A DNA stretch of 64,000 nt. It comes from Octopus bimaculoides (taxonomy: Eukaryota). The translations under genes were made by a program, and so were the position numbers. The notes under the pieces are model-generated. The model was not told the origin of the DNA, searched no databases, and saw only the letters and a program-made list of their open reading frames with translations. Positions 38,291 to 51,904 of the stretch are shown here, one piece after another (position 1 is the first letter of the stretch; each line of letters opens with the position of its first letter). The stretch is from assembly GCF_001194135.2 (NCBI RefSeq), contig NC_069003.1, positions 3,524,951 through 3,588,950 of the forward strand, written 5' to 3'.

Positions 38291-38535
38291 GGCTTATGGC
38301 CTAGTGGTTAAGATTCCGAGTTCGATTCCAGGCAGTGACCTGAATAATAATAACAACAACAACAACAAAAAATACTTTAGGAATGAGAACCCAGGTTCAA
38401 AATTTCCCCAAGACTCCTGACGAAGGCTGGAGGGTATACCAGCCGAAACGTTGTGTTAACAACAAACAAGATGAGGACAAATATCCGTCAAATGTAAATA
38501 ATGTACATAATTTCTCAACTCTTAAACGTAGAATT
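38291..38535 (+). mobile_element. Composite element: tRNA-like A/B-box head, (AAT/AAC)n linker and hammerhead-like module
   Basis: A-box-like tggcctagtggttaag (38297-38312), B-box-like gagttcgattcc (38318-38329), CTGACGA (38417-38423), extra A, stem GGCTGG/CCAGCC (38425-38444), GAAAC (38445-38449). Confidence 0.6.
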
Positions 38536-38610
38536 GTCTTATATAATCAACCCTGAATTTAGTTTGACATTTTCTCCATATAAAAATTCCTTAACGTGTA
38601 TACTCGTACT

Positions 38611-39125
38611 GGTGAAGGCGGGTGTCGTACTGGTTAGGGAGCCCAGTCATTATCGGTAGATCGTGGGCTCCAATTCCAGACCGAGCACTGCGTTGTTTTT
38701 TGAGCAAAATATTTCGTTTCAGTTCGCTCCATTCTGCTCAGATCAAAATCGTAAGCATGCATCAGACTAGCCCTCCTATCAGTGGGGATGTTGGCCTTCT
38801 CGTCTAGCTAGCAAGTTAGTATCCTTCAAAAGCTAAAAGGATGCAAAGCGCATTCCGACTAACGATATAGTGAAGGCGCATAGCCTTGTGGTTATGTTGT
38901 TGCACTCACGATCCCCAAGTCATGGGTTCGAGCGGGTTATGTTCCTGAGCGCAATACTTCATTTCTCGTTGCTCCTGTCCACTCAGTAGTAAATGGCTAA
39001 CTCTGCGATGGAATAATTTTCCGATCAGGAGGGGATGTTGGCCTGCTCTTCTAGTCAGTGGGGTGATATCATTGGAAAGCTGAAACGATGCAAAACGCAA
39101 TGTGACCAGCAAAGTATAAAAACAT
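38611..39125 (+). mobile_element. Two tandem diverged tRNA-derived SINEs (38611-38870, 38871-39125)
   Basis: Both begin gtgaaggcg, have degenerate A/B boxes, and share ggggatgttggcct...aagctRaaa.gatgcaaa.cgca. Confidence 0.75.
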
Positions 39126-40380
39126 CCGCTAGTTTGGTCGTTCGCTAGTTTGAGCGATCACATAATCACGTGATATACTTGCACTTAGCTGAAGTGTATA
39201 GAAATTAGAGAAAATACATTTTAGGATTAACAAAGCCTTATTATCTACCAGCATCTGTTTCAAATGTTCTGTGTTGGTTATATGATTTACCGATCCAGAA
39301 AAGATAAAAATTTGAAAGATTAAGCACGTGTCGGCATCGGAACAAATGTTGAGGAGATCCAGGACGAATAACAAAAAAAAAGGCTTATCTGATTTACAAA
39401 CGATGTGACAAATTCATCCAGGAATACACTTTGGATGACATGTACCCGGTACCGTAACTTTAGATAGAACAGATGGGGTTGTCAGTGCTAGAATGTCTTG
39501 GATCAAATGTGTGCTGGTTAACATTCACCTGGGGCTAAAAGAAAGGAGAAATGCACTAAGCATTATATCACCGATAACGGTAAACTCAAGAGAGATGAAG
39601 TTGCATCCATCTCATTAAGTTTTCACTCGTTATCAACAGAATTTACATCATAATTAACTTCAACATCATCATCGTAATTTTTATTACTATTATTATTATC
39701 ATCATCGTAATTATTATTATCATTAATATTACTACTACTATTACTATTATTATTATTATAAATGACCGTGGGAATTGATGATGTCTCGTTATCTTTCTTA
39801 TGAATAACTAGCTGAGAAAACACAATAACAACAACTACTACTACTACTACTAAATTCCACGGTGATGCCCAGATAAGTATCATTACTGCTAGTAACAATT
39901 CTACAGTCACCATCATGAATATCTTCATCCTCACCATCACATTCATCGCCACTACCACCACAAACAACAACAACGAACAACAATATCAACAACAACAACA
40001 GCAGCAGCAGCAGCAGCAGGAACAATTGCAACCACCATAGCCATCATGAACATCACCAGCGCTGCTGAAACATCCATGTGGCCGTTCTATCTCGACATGC
40101 TAAGAATAGCAGCGAAATCAAATTCCAAACACTCCGTTCTTAGAGAAAAAAAAGCGCACCAACAGATGCGTCAAAGTCAGAGAATTCCGTTTTCGAAGAA
40201 GATTAGAAATTTGAACTCTAATCTTCGGAACTATTAAAGCGTCTCCTGAAGAATGTCTCAAATCCTCTGGAATATTATATTTTATATAATAAACGTAACA
40301 ACAGAAAGAAACACTATAATAACAGCAACATACAACAGCATCAAATGCAAATTGTACGACAAATATCTTTTATTTTTTTT

Positions 40381-40792
40381 ATCTTTTACTTGTTTCATTC
40401 ATTAGGCTGCGGACATGCTACAGCAACGCTTTGATGAATTTTTAGTCGAATAAATCGACTGCAGAACTTATATTCTTGTTAAACCTGTTATTCATTCTAT
40501 TGGCCTCTTTTGCCTAACCGCCACGTTACGGGGATGTAAACACACCAGCACCGGTTGTCAATTGGTGGTAGTGGTGGTGGAGGGGTGACACAGACACGAC
40601 ACACACACAGACATATATTTATATATATATATATATATGACATGCTTCTTTCAGTTTTCATCAATCAAATCCACTTACAAGGCTTTGGTTTGAGCAAGGC
40701 TATAGTAGAAAACACTTGCTCAAGGTGCCACGCACAGAGACTGAACACAGAATCATATGGTTAGGAAGCAAGCTTTTGAATAACAACACCTG
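40381..40792 (-). mobile_element. Near full-length family-B SINE
   Basis: Reverse complement of the 22756-23185 copy, including the internal TA tract. Confidence 0.85.
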
Positions 40793-42816
40793 TATAACAA
40801 CAGTATTAACATACAAAACAATAGAAACGCACATAACAATAACAACATGTACAACAAGAGAAGCAAAGATAACAAACAATAAATACGGCTTCAAATATAA
40901 TTTATACAACAAACGTAACAACAACTAACAAAAACAAAAAAAACAACAGCAGTAATGTACAAGAAGCTTTACAACAGCAACAAATATAAGAACAACAGCA
41001 AGAACAGTGGCAAAAGTGTACAACAAGTATAATAAGACCAGTATCAAGTATGACAATGGAAACAGATAAAACAACAGGAATACATTGACGATAACGATGG
41101 AAGCAACAAATGGAACAAACACGACTTTAACGTCAGCAACAACAACAATAATAATAACAACATCAGTAATATGAACAGCAAGATTTGTGTTGTAACAACA
41201 AGCGTGAAGCGTTGCAAGACAAATAATGTAACAACAACAACAACAGCAAAAACAACAACAAGATGGAATACCATAGCCCACAGCAAAGATAATAACAAAC
41301 TTTAAATATAAACAACATCAGAGTACGAACAAGAACAACAACAATAACAACAACAGCATCAAGAAGAAAAAGAAGCTTAACCACAACGGGAATCCAGAGA
41401 AATGTGACTAGCAAAAGAAACAATATGGTAATCTAATGAGGAATGCTGGGATAGCTATAGAAATATTTCACAGCATCGCATCTAATACAGAACCGCCATC
41501 GCCACCCCGCCAGGAGCCTACAACCCGCCATTTGTATTCGATCGCCATCGCTCACACCACCGCCGCCATTACATCATTTAGAGAACTCTCATTTATAACA
41601 CTACAATCAGTGTCGGCGTTGCCAACGCAGCCTACGAAGTCACCCCCACCGGTATCACCGACCCACCGACCACCACAATCGTCGCCACCGCCACCACAGC
41701 CACCACCACCACCTTCGCCAACTCTACGTCATCGCTACCTCTACAACAATCAAATCAACAACAACGACCACCACCACCAACAACAACAACAGCAGCAACA
41801 ACAACAGCAACAACACAAACACTACAATCACCATGACCACCATGACCACCATGACCACCGTCTCCAAGACTACGACCATCACAACCACCACCACCAATAC
41901 GACCATCATCACTATTGCTACCACCATCTCTATAACTACCAACACCACCACCACTGTCACCATTGCTACCACAGCCACCACTTTCATCAACACCACCACC
42001 ATGACAAACACCACCTCCAATACCACCTTCACTACTACCAGTACTGCTACCACCAGCTCTACCACTACCAAAATCAGCATCACCACCATCAACACCACCA
42101 CCACCAATTCCTCCACCACCAGCACCACTGCCACCACCAATGGCAGGAAAACCATATCCAAGTGTTCCTATACTAGCACCATCACAAATAATATAATGAA
42201 AATCAATACTACCACCGCCACCATTACCAGTCCCTCCACCATCGTCATACCATCCTAAGAGAATAACATCTTCATCACGATCTAACATAGCGCGTTACAC
42301 CACCACCACCACCACCACCACCACCGCAACCACAACCATCGCAACCACCAATACTACGACTACCAACATCGCCAACAACAACACTACCACTACCACATCT
42401 ATTATCACAACCACTGTCACCACTACCACTACCTCCACAACCAATATCATCACTAGCACCGCTACCATCGCTACTACTACCAGAACCTTAATCACCACTA
42501 CCACCACCATCACTAGCAACATCACAACGACCACCACCACCGCCATCATTAACGCCACCACTAGCCCCCCCCCCACTCCTCACCACTAACACCATCACGA
42601 CCACGTCTAGCACCACCTTCACCACCAACAACAATGACTACAGTAAATGGTAGCATGAATTCTTTACACCTTTTCTTTGGCCCTTGAACATGTGTAATTT
42701 ATCAAATGATAAAAGTACACGAGGTCGGCTCTCCAGGGGAGTCATTCTAAGTGCTAGAAATAGCAGCTGTCAACTATTTTGCAAATTATGGAACAAAGTG
42801 TGAATTAAGATCAAGC

Positions 42817-42957
42817 CTCCATGGAAGCTTTTGTGATTACTAGAACTAGCTGTGAAATCTCTCTCAAATTATGCACGAAGAGAGATCTGAGGGCAGGTCT
42901 CCATGGCTCATTTGTAATTACTAGAAATGGCTGTGAAACCTCTCTCAAATTTTGCAC
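42817..42957 (+). repeat. Two about 60-bp direct repeats, 82 bp apart
   Basis: ctccatgg....tttgtRattactagaa.t.gctgtgaaa.ctctctcaaatt.tgcac at 42817-42876 and 42899-42957; partial third copy near 43171. Confidence 0.8.
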
Positions 42958-42964
42958 ATTGCTT

Positions 42965-43140
42965 GACACCAATAATCGTGTGGTTACGTCCCCGTAAATT
43001 AGCAGTTTGGCGAATGAGACTGATAGAATAAGTACGAAGCTTACAAAGAGTAAGTCTTGGAGTCGATTTGTTTGACTAAACGCGGTGCTCCAGCGGTGGC
43101 CGCGGTCGGGTGACTGAAACAGATTAAATAATAAAAGAAT
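42965..43140 (+). mobile_element. Family-B SINE 3' half
   Basis: gttacgtccccgtaaattagcagtttggcg...gatagaataagtac...cggtgctccagc...tgactgaaac. Confidence 0.8.
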
Positions 43141-44236
43141 AAAAATATAAAGGCTGGTCTGTATTGCAGTATTTGTAATTACTAGAAATAGCTCGCAAAA
43201 TACACAATATTGGAACGTCATGGTGCCGATGTAATTTCTAGAAACGGCTGTCGAATTTGACGCTAGACAAAAATATATCGTCTCTGAAGGAAAGATACTC
43301 ATAGTAGGAAAATGTAATCGGAGATAAACTATCCAATGTGTGGTTTAGGGCGTGGTGGCCATGTTAAGAACGCTTTCGAATATAAGACTGAATGACATAT
43401 GGATTAAACAAAGACAGCAACAACAACAACAATGATACACTTTCTGATCACAACCACCATCATTATCATTATTTTCGTGGTGATGATGATGATGATGATG
43501 ATGGGTAGCCAGTTTCTGTCACCATGATCGTAATCATCGTCGTAAGTGTCATCATCATCGTCGTCAAGAAGAACAGCAGAAACAGCATCTAAGTGGTTAA
43601 GAATAAATATTACACCACCTTCACTAGCACCAACACCACCACAACGACCACCACCACAACGACGACCACCACCACTGCAACCAGCAAAATCACAACCACT
43701 ACCACCGTAACCACCACTGCCACTACAATCACCACGACCGCAAGAGCCACCACCACAACAACAACCACCACCACCACTTCCATCACACCACTACCGTCAC
43801 TATCACTACTGCCGTAACTTCCACTGCCACCACAATTACCACCACCGCAACCATCACCACCACCACAGAAAACAACAGTAATGATAAAAACATCTACAAT
43901 GGTTCCAAGTGACACGTGAAGCACGCTAAAACAGTAGCTGCAATAATAATTGAAACGGAGATAAGAGCAGCAGCAGCAGTGGTGGTAGTAGTAGTAGTAG
44001 TGGCGGTGATGATGGTGGTGGTGGTGGTGGTGGTGAAAATAATTTCATTTACAATATCAACATGACCAACACAAAGAAGACAATGTGGAAAATGACAATA
44101 AGAATAATGGTGAAAGTAAGGACAAACGTCCCCAAAACAACAACAAGAAAACACAAATAACTGCAACAACAGGAACATTAATAGCGTTAAGAACCAGAAT
44201 GCAACTGCATATACACATCCATATATATGTATATAT

Positions 44237-44271
<35 letters not shown>

Positions 44272-44894
44272 NNNNNNNNNNATATATATATATATATATA
44301 TATACATATATATACGTACATATATATATATATGTGTGTGTATATATACACACATATATACATATATATGTATATACACACACACACACACACATACATA
44401 TATATATAATATAAACACATGCATCAGAGATAGTGCAACACCAACAAGAAAAACACGAGCGAAACACAATGAGAACCCAGAGAAATGTGACTAGTAAAGA
44501 CACAATGTGTTAATCCAATGATGAATGCATGGAAAACTATACAAATATTTCACACCATCACATCAAACCCGCGCAGCGTCTCTACGTCCCCGGAGGCCAA
44601 CACTACCAACTAAAATCTCAGATACTGCCTTGATAATGAAAGCACAACCGTAGCCATTAGCAGTGAAAACAACACTGTTACACAATCTTCATATACAAGG
44701 AGAATGGAACTGAAAATTTCTTGCCTTTAAAGGTATCGCGAAAGGCCTGGTTGGAGGGCCAAACTTCCGAATTCTTTTACAGGGTTTAGAAAAACTGAAG
44801 GACCACTGCAAGGGGAAAATGGTGAATAAAACAATAATTAGCTGATTCCTCAGTATTTTATTTTATCCAAAACCAGGAATATTTTAGCCCCATC

Positions 44895-44972
<78 letters not shown>

Positions 44973-46742
44973 AGAAGAATCCAGAGTAATCCATATGCAA
45001 GAGAGGTGCAGCCGGAGTGGTGTTGGTGGTTGTGGTGGTGGCGATGGTAGTGGTGGTGGTGTTAGTGTTGATGTGGGTGACCATGCTGGTGGTGTTGGTG
45101 GTGGTTGTTGTGTTGGTGATGGTGGTGATGTTGCTGGCGTTGGTGGTGGTAGTGGCGATGTTGCTGGCGATGATGGTGGTGGTGGTGCTGCTGCTGATGA
45201 TGGTGGTAGCGTTGCTATTTAATCCTCACCAAGAATATCAATTCCGATGGCCAATACCAAACAATTTCATGGCCCAGTCACTAAATTGTGACCTTGCATG
45301 GTAGAAATAGCAGCAAAACGTCTGTCAAATTTCACATCGCCATCACACGCAACGAAAGGAAAAACTGGATAAGCTTGTGCTGAGAGACCCACACGGTAAC
45401 TTTAATCATAATTTTGCTCGGCTTGGTATAACGTGGGCCAAAATGGAACGACAGTAACGCCACCCCAGTTACTCCATATTATTCTGCAGACAATACAGCC
45501 CCACCTCTCAAACCAAAACTTGCATTAATTCTATTTTTACCATCGCGACAGCCAAATGTTCTGCAAAAAACACGCCTTAGTACAATATTAGTATTGAGAA
45601 ACAGGAAATAATTCTCACTAAATGCGTCTCTACTCATCAATCGTCCTCGTTAACATCAAACCCACTCACCAACGCCAAACCTACCCAGAAACGCCCCAAA
45701 TCCTAATGTCCAAGACCAAACGCCCTCACTAAACATAAGACAACCAACAGTAAGAAAAAGAGAATAAGCAGTACCAACATTCCGACTCCATGAAATATCT
45801 CCCTCAAAGAACCATCCGCATCTCTGTTGTTCTCATGATTCTTCATTAACCCTACAAACCGTGGCGGAATGCATATATTGTTGATAATGTCAAACATTAT
45901 CAAGAATATAAAAATAAAAAAAACATCGGCGAGATCATCCGCAATACAGCCATTGCATCCATTACAAACTCCTTTCCATTTGTAACGAAACAACATCCTC
46001 ATTATCTTGATTACTATAGCGACCGACGACAAAATGCCCTGCAAAAACACGCCCTTGCACAATAAACACGTTCACACCAACCCCTGACGCTCCACAACCA
46101 AGCAAAACAACCAGATCAAAATAACGAAAAGCGTGAAAACAGCCAGCACGATCGTCGACACCAGCAACAGCGAAAACGCGAGCAACAGTAATAACAGGAA
46201 TAACTAAACTAAGAGCGACAGCAACAATTACAACAACAACAACAACAACAACAACAGCAGCAGCAACAATTAAAACCTTCAATAACATTTCGATAGCATT
46301 TCCAGGCTGACGGACCGATACAAAAATGGAGGAGAAAAGATGAAAACGAAACCAAAAAAAAAAAAAAATATTAAACAGAAAAGAAATTACACAAATAACA
46401 CCCGAAACTCTAACAAGATATAAAACCGCAGAAGCACAGGTTTGTTAAAAGACGGACAATAAATAACAGAATAAATAGGAAATATTTCTTTCGTTGTTTT
46501 AATATTTGAAACAATGACGGACCGAAAGCTTTTGTTTTCTGTGTTGAAACCCTGCTTTTATAGTTGTGAGCGGCCCATTTATGAGCAGTTATATGTAGCA
46601 TAACTATAGGAGCAGCTGTGAAAATGGTCTTTTAATTAGACAGGCCTTGCGTAGTTCTTTATAGTCTAGCTAATGGCTAGAAAATATTATTCATAGAAAT
46701 TAATGTGGAGATGAAGCGTGCAAACGTATGTGTGTGTGTGTT

Positions 46743-46778
<36 letters not shown>

Positions 46779-48761
46779 TGTTTGTACATGTGCGTGTTTG
46801 TACATGTGTGTGTTTGTTATTGTGGAGTGTGTATGTGTACATGTGGCAAGTGTAATGCGTATTTAGTTTAGTGTGTGTGTGTGTGTGNNNNNNNNNNNNN
46901 NNNNNNNNNNNNNNNNNNNNNNNNNNNNNNNNNNNNNNNNNNNNNNNNNNNNNNNNNNNNNNNNNNNNNNNNNNNNNNNNNNNNNNNNNNNNNNNNNNNN
47001 NNNNNNNNNNNNNNNNNNNNNNNNNNNNNNNNNNNNNNNNNGTGGGGAAGAAATAATTGTTGCGAAGGTGGTGATGTTGCAGGAAAAGCACACGAGGGAA
47101 AGGGGTGCGGGCGGTGGTGGAGATATGTATATGTTGATAGTGTGGGAAGTGATGTAGATTTTATAATTGGTGCTGATAATGACGGGTTTAGGTACCGGCG
47201 GTGTCGGCGGCGGAGGTGATGGTGGTAGGGGTGGAGGGAGGTGATTGGGGTGGGTGTAGGAGAGCTTGTGGTAATGGGTGTAGTGCTGGCGATGGTCTTG
47301 TAGTAGTAGTACTAGTAGTGGTGGTGGTGGTGGAGGTAGTTCTAGAAGTATTAGAAATGGTGGTGGTGGTAATAGTAGTAGAAGTACTAGTGGTGGTAGT
47401 AGTAGTAGTAGTAGGAGGAGTATTGGTGTCGGTTGTGTTGATGGTGGTGAAGGTGGTGGTAGTAATGGTAGTTGTAGTATTAGTCGTAGTAGTAATTGCA
47501 ATGGCTGTAGGGTGCTGTAGTATAGGCTGGTGGTGGAGGTGGTACTGATAATGGTAGAGGTGATTGTGACTGGTGGTGGTGGTGCAAGCGATGGTAGCGT
47601 TGGTGTTGGTTGTAGTGGTCGTTAATGAGTGATGTCGATAATGAGGAATGTTAGTGGTTGTGGGTGTGGTGGTGTTGGCATTCGTGATAAACGTATTGGA
47701 GTGGTGGTGGTGGTGGTGGTGGTGGTGTAGGAGGGGTGATGATGGTGGTGGTGATGGTCGTCGCTGTCATGTTGGTCTTGGTTTTGGTGCTGATGATGTG
47801 GGTGACAATAATACTTGTAGTGAATGTAGGTATGCTGTTGATGGAGTCTGTAGTATAGGTGATAGCATAGTTGATAGTGATGCTGGTGTTTGTGTGTTGT
47901 GGCGATGCTGGTGATGGTAATAGTGTTCGTAGTGGTGGTGCTGGAAGCGAACTGTTTGTCAGCTGTTCTAATAACAGAAGACATGTTATGAAGTTGTTGA
48001 TGATAATTGCAAAGGCGACGGTGGGGTTGTTGTTGGTGGTGAGGGTGGTTTCGGTGGTAGTGCTAAAGGTGCCGTCGCTTTGGTGGTAGTGCTGGTGGTG
48101 GTGGTGGTGGTGGTGGTGGTGGAACGTAATAGGCGAACATTTTTTAGATTTGTATTTGTAGAAACATATCTGTATCGAGGGCACCATTTTATTGAATAAA
48201 TCTTTCTCGGTTGGCATTTTCAGGGTCTGTTTCGGTTCATACACGAATGCTCCGTCATCATCATCATCATTCTCGCTATCGTCATCACCTTCGTTGTTGT
48301 CATTGTCATCACCATCATCATCATCATCATCATGAATTACATCATCGTCTTCATATTGGACACCATCATGACCATCGTCATCCTCGCCGTCATCGCCATT
48401 GAAATTTCCCTCCTTCTCCTCCTCGTCTTCCTCCACATCTTCATCGTCATCTTCGTCATTTTCGGCGCTGTCGTTGTCTTATCGTTTACTTGTCTTATCG
48501 TTTACTTGCCGTCCACTCATCGTCTCATGAATGCATATGCTAATGCATAGCTTCTGATTGGTTATTGCGCTGTTATAGGTTTAGCTATGGTTTCTGTGGC
48601 GATCATAGCGTTGCCTTTATCCACACATTGTTTAACGGACTTTATTATTTGCTAATGGTCGTAATAAAAGAGTTGCACAGATCACTGTAAATGCTCGTAC
48701 CGCTAGTTCTGATAAAAATGTTAGATGTGGTATTTTTGATGAAACTAAGGAGGTTAATAAT

Positions 48762-49145
48762 GAGGTGGGGGCTGGCAGAATATTTAGAATGCGGGGCAAA
48801 ATGTTTAGCGGCATTTTGATCGTCTCTACCCTCTGATTTCAAATTCTGCTGTGGTCGAATTTGCCTTTTGTTCTCTGGGATCCGTTAAAATAAACACCAG
48901 TTGAACACTGGTGTAGTTGGAATCGACTTGCTCCATCCAACGACATTGCTGGACTCGTGCCAAAATTTGAAATATTGTCGAGGAGGCAGACATTTCGTCC
49001 GTCATTAAGCTCTGGGTTCTGAGGTCGACTTTGCTTTTCATCTTGTCGAAGTCGATAAACTAAGTACCAGTTACGCACTGGGGGCGATGTAATCGGCTAT
49101 CACCCTCCATCGAATTTTAGGCCATGTGCCCATAGGAGAAAGTAT
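48762..49145 (+). mobile_element. Two tandem family-A SINEs
   Basis: gctggcagaat...ttcaaattctgct...; second unit gaggtcgactttgcttttcatc...taagtaccagttacgcactgggg. Confidence 0.8.
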
Positions 49146-50420
49146 TACGTTCTAAGGTGGCGGCGGCGGCAGCAGCGATGGTGGTGGTGGTGGTTGTGCT
49201 GGTGGTGGAGATCGTGTTATGGTGGTGATGGTGTTGGTGGTGGAGTGGTGGTCGTGGTGGCGTTGGTGATGATGTTGGTGGCAATGGTGATGGCTATAGT
49301 TTCGGTGGTTGTGATGGTGGTGGTAGTGATAATGGTGGTGTTGGTAGTGTTGGTCTTGGTAGTAGTGGTGGTGGTGGTGGCGTTGCTATTTAACATCAGC
49401 TCAACCTGTTCGTTTAAACCCATGCCAGAATAAAAAAAAACCATTCCTGCCGTTATCATTCCATCATAGTTTATCGATGTTGCTGTTCCTGCTATTCTTA
49501 TTCCTGTTGCTGTTGCTGCTGCTGCTGTTGCTGCTGCTGCAGCGGCTGTTATTTAGAATTTATCTACGACAGACATTATCTAAAATTTCCCAACATCCTA
49601 TCACAATAAGAGCTTATTCAAGAGAGATGCGGCTCCATTTTCCTATCAAGCTCAGTAACCACGTTCGCACCTGACTACAACGCTGTTCTACTTATTCCTT
49701 CATTCCATTCCTCAACACACCTGAATTACCATTATTCTAGCCGAGACCATTTCATCGTAGAATTATTCTAGACATACTATATAAATTTCGACTCCTCGTT
49801 TTAGAGAAACCCGGTTGCCAATTCCGTTTATATCCAATCAGTGCGTGCTACCTTTTTTTAAACGTTAGCGAGTAACATGAAGGAAATCTCCTGGGTATTT
49901 TCAGCAGGTCTGTGGACTAGAGAGTGTTTCGTTTCTCATTTGCGTATTATCGTTGCTATATCAGCCGTGCAGTGGCTTCCATTTAGAAGCGAACAGCAAG
50001 CTATAAAAATAATCCATTACATTGACTTTATTGTAAGTGAATGGAGAAGTAATAACATATCTAGCAACACATCGTGTTACCTAGAACATAAGATATTTAG
50101 ATATGCTGTAGGCAATATTGTTAGTAATTTGGTAGCGACTAGGCCGAGTTGATACCTGAAAATGGCAGGCTAGTACATTGCTTTGGTAGATAGCCATATG
50201 CTTAGGCATTTACACGAAGAGATAAGGAAACGGAAACGCAGAGAGACGGGGAAAATATGCGAGAGATAAGCGAGCATATTGGTAAAGGTACAGATATGAA
50301 GAGATATAATGGTGTATAAGATAAACGGACAGAAAACACATCAATAACTATACTCGCAAATACACACGAACACACACACATGCTTACATATACCTATTCA
50401 TGAATATGCATACGTATATA

Positions 50421-50451
<31 letters not shown>

Positions 50452-51396
50452 NNNNNNNNNNNNNNNNNNNNNNNNNNNNNNNNNNNNNNNNNNNNNNNNN
50501 NNNNNNNNNNNNNNNNNNNNNNNNNNNNNNNNNNNNNNNNNNNNNNNNNNNNNNNNNNNNNNNNNNNNNNNNNNNNNNNNNNNNNNNNNNNNNNNNNNNN
50601 NNNNNNNNNNNNNNNNNNNNNNNNNNNNNNNNNNNNNNNNNNNNNNNNNNNNNNNNNNNNNNNNNNNNNNNNNNNNNNNNNNNNNNNNNNNNNNNNNNNN
50701 NNNNNNNNNNNNNNNNNNNNNNNNNNNNNNNNNNNNNNNNNNNNNNNNNNNNNNNNNNNNNNNNNNNNNNNNNNNNNNNNNNNNNNNNNNNNNNNNNNNN
50801 NNNNNNNNNNNNNNNNNNNNNNNNNNNNNNNNNNNNNNNNNNNNNNNNNNNNNNNNNNNNNNNNNNNNNNNNNNNNNNNNNNNNNNNNNNNNNNNNNNNN
50901 NNNNNNNNNNNNNNNNNNNNNNNNNNNNNNNNNNNNNNNNNNNNNNNNNNNNNNNNNNNNNNNNNNNNNNNNNNNNNNNNNNNNNNNNNNNNNNNNNNNN
51001 NNNNNNNNNNNNNNNNNNNNNNNNNNNNNNNNNNNNNNNNNNNNNNNNNNNNNNNNNNNNNNNNNNNNNNNNNNNNNNNNNNNNNNNNNNNNNNNNNNNN
51101 NNNNNNNNNNNNNNNNNNNNNNNNNNNNNNNNNNNNNNNNNNNNNNNNNNNNNNNNNNNNNNNNNNNNNNNNNNNNNNNNNNNNNNNNNNNNNNNNNNNN
51201 NNNNNNNNNNNNNNNNNNNNNNNNNNNNNNNNNNNNNNNNNNNNNNNNNNNNNNNNNNNNNNNNNNNNNNNNNNNNNNNNNNNNNNNNNNNNNNNNNNNN
51301 NNNNNNNNNNNNNNNNNNNNTCTATAATATAGATATATTTATTAAGTCTAAATAAAATGTATATGCATGTATATATATATATATATATATATGTGT

Positions 51397-51427
<31 letters not shown>

Positions 51428-51904
51428 TGTGTGTGTGTGTGTGTGGTGATTGGTGAATACACCGGGAACAGGGGAAGCTAAATAGATTTATGACTCGAAT
51501 TCATTACGCAAAAATGGTCAACGGCATTAAACATCTCTGATTATTGAAGAACCGGACACACAAATAACCTAGATGCCATACAAGTGACATCAAACCAAAC
51601 CAACACATCGATATGAAAAGAAACATAATCATCCTAAACAAGAATAGAATCATTTCATAATGGAAAACTGATGCAAATCAATCGAACTCCCATTGGGGAT
51701 ATTCAATATGGCGCCTAGGTAATATTCCCAACTATTTAGATAAGGCGACATGAACAAGTGTGCTTAATTAAAACCTAAACTCTACTGTCTTTTCTATGAG
51801 ATGAGTATTATGTAGCATTCTTTATAGGGATTCTTTAAAATTATATGCCATAAACAATGTCCCACTGGAAATTATATAACACAATCTTATCTTTTGTGTT
51901 TTCC

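Larger units (their letters stand above)
39620..49560. repeat. About 10 kb domain rich in degenerate trinucleotide repeats (AAC/ACC/CAC on plus at 39620-46290; GGT/GAT at 45000-45200, 47040-48480 and 49150-49400)
   Basis: Direct inspection; generates the poly-T/H/Q/V/G ORFs in all frames. Confidence 0.85.

Noticed and set aside
41436-42576. Mucin-like Thr-rich, His/Gln-rich and poly-Val/Gly ORFs
   Set aside because: Degenerate CAC/ACC/AAC repeats are open in several frames on both strands, with no signal peptide or splice support.
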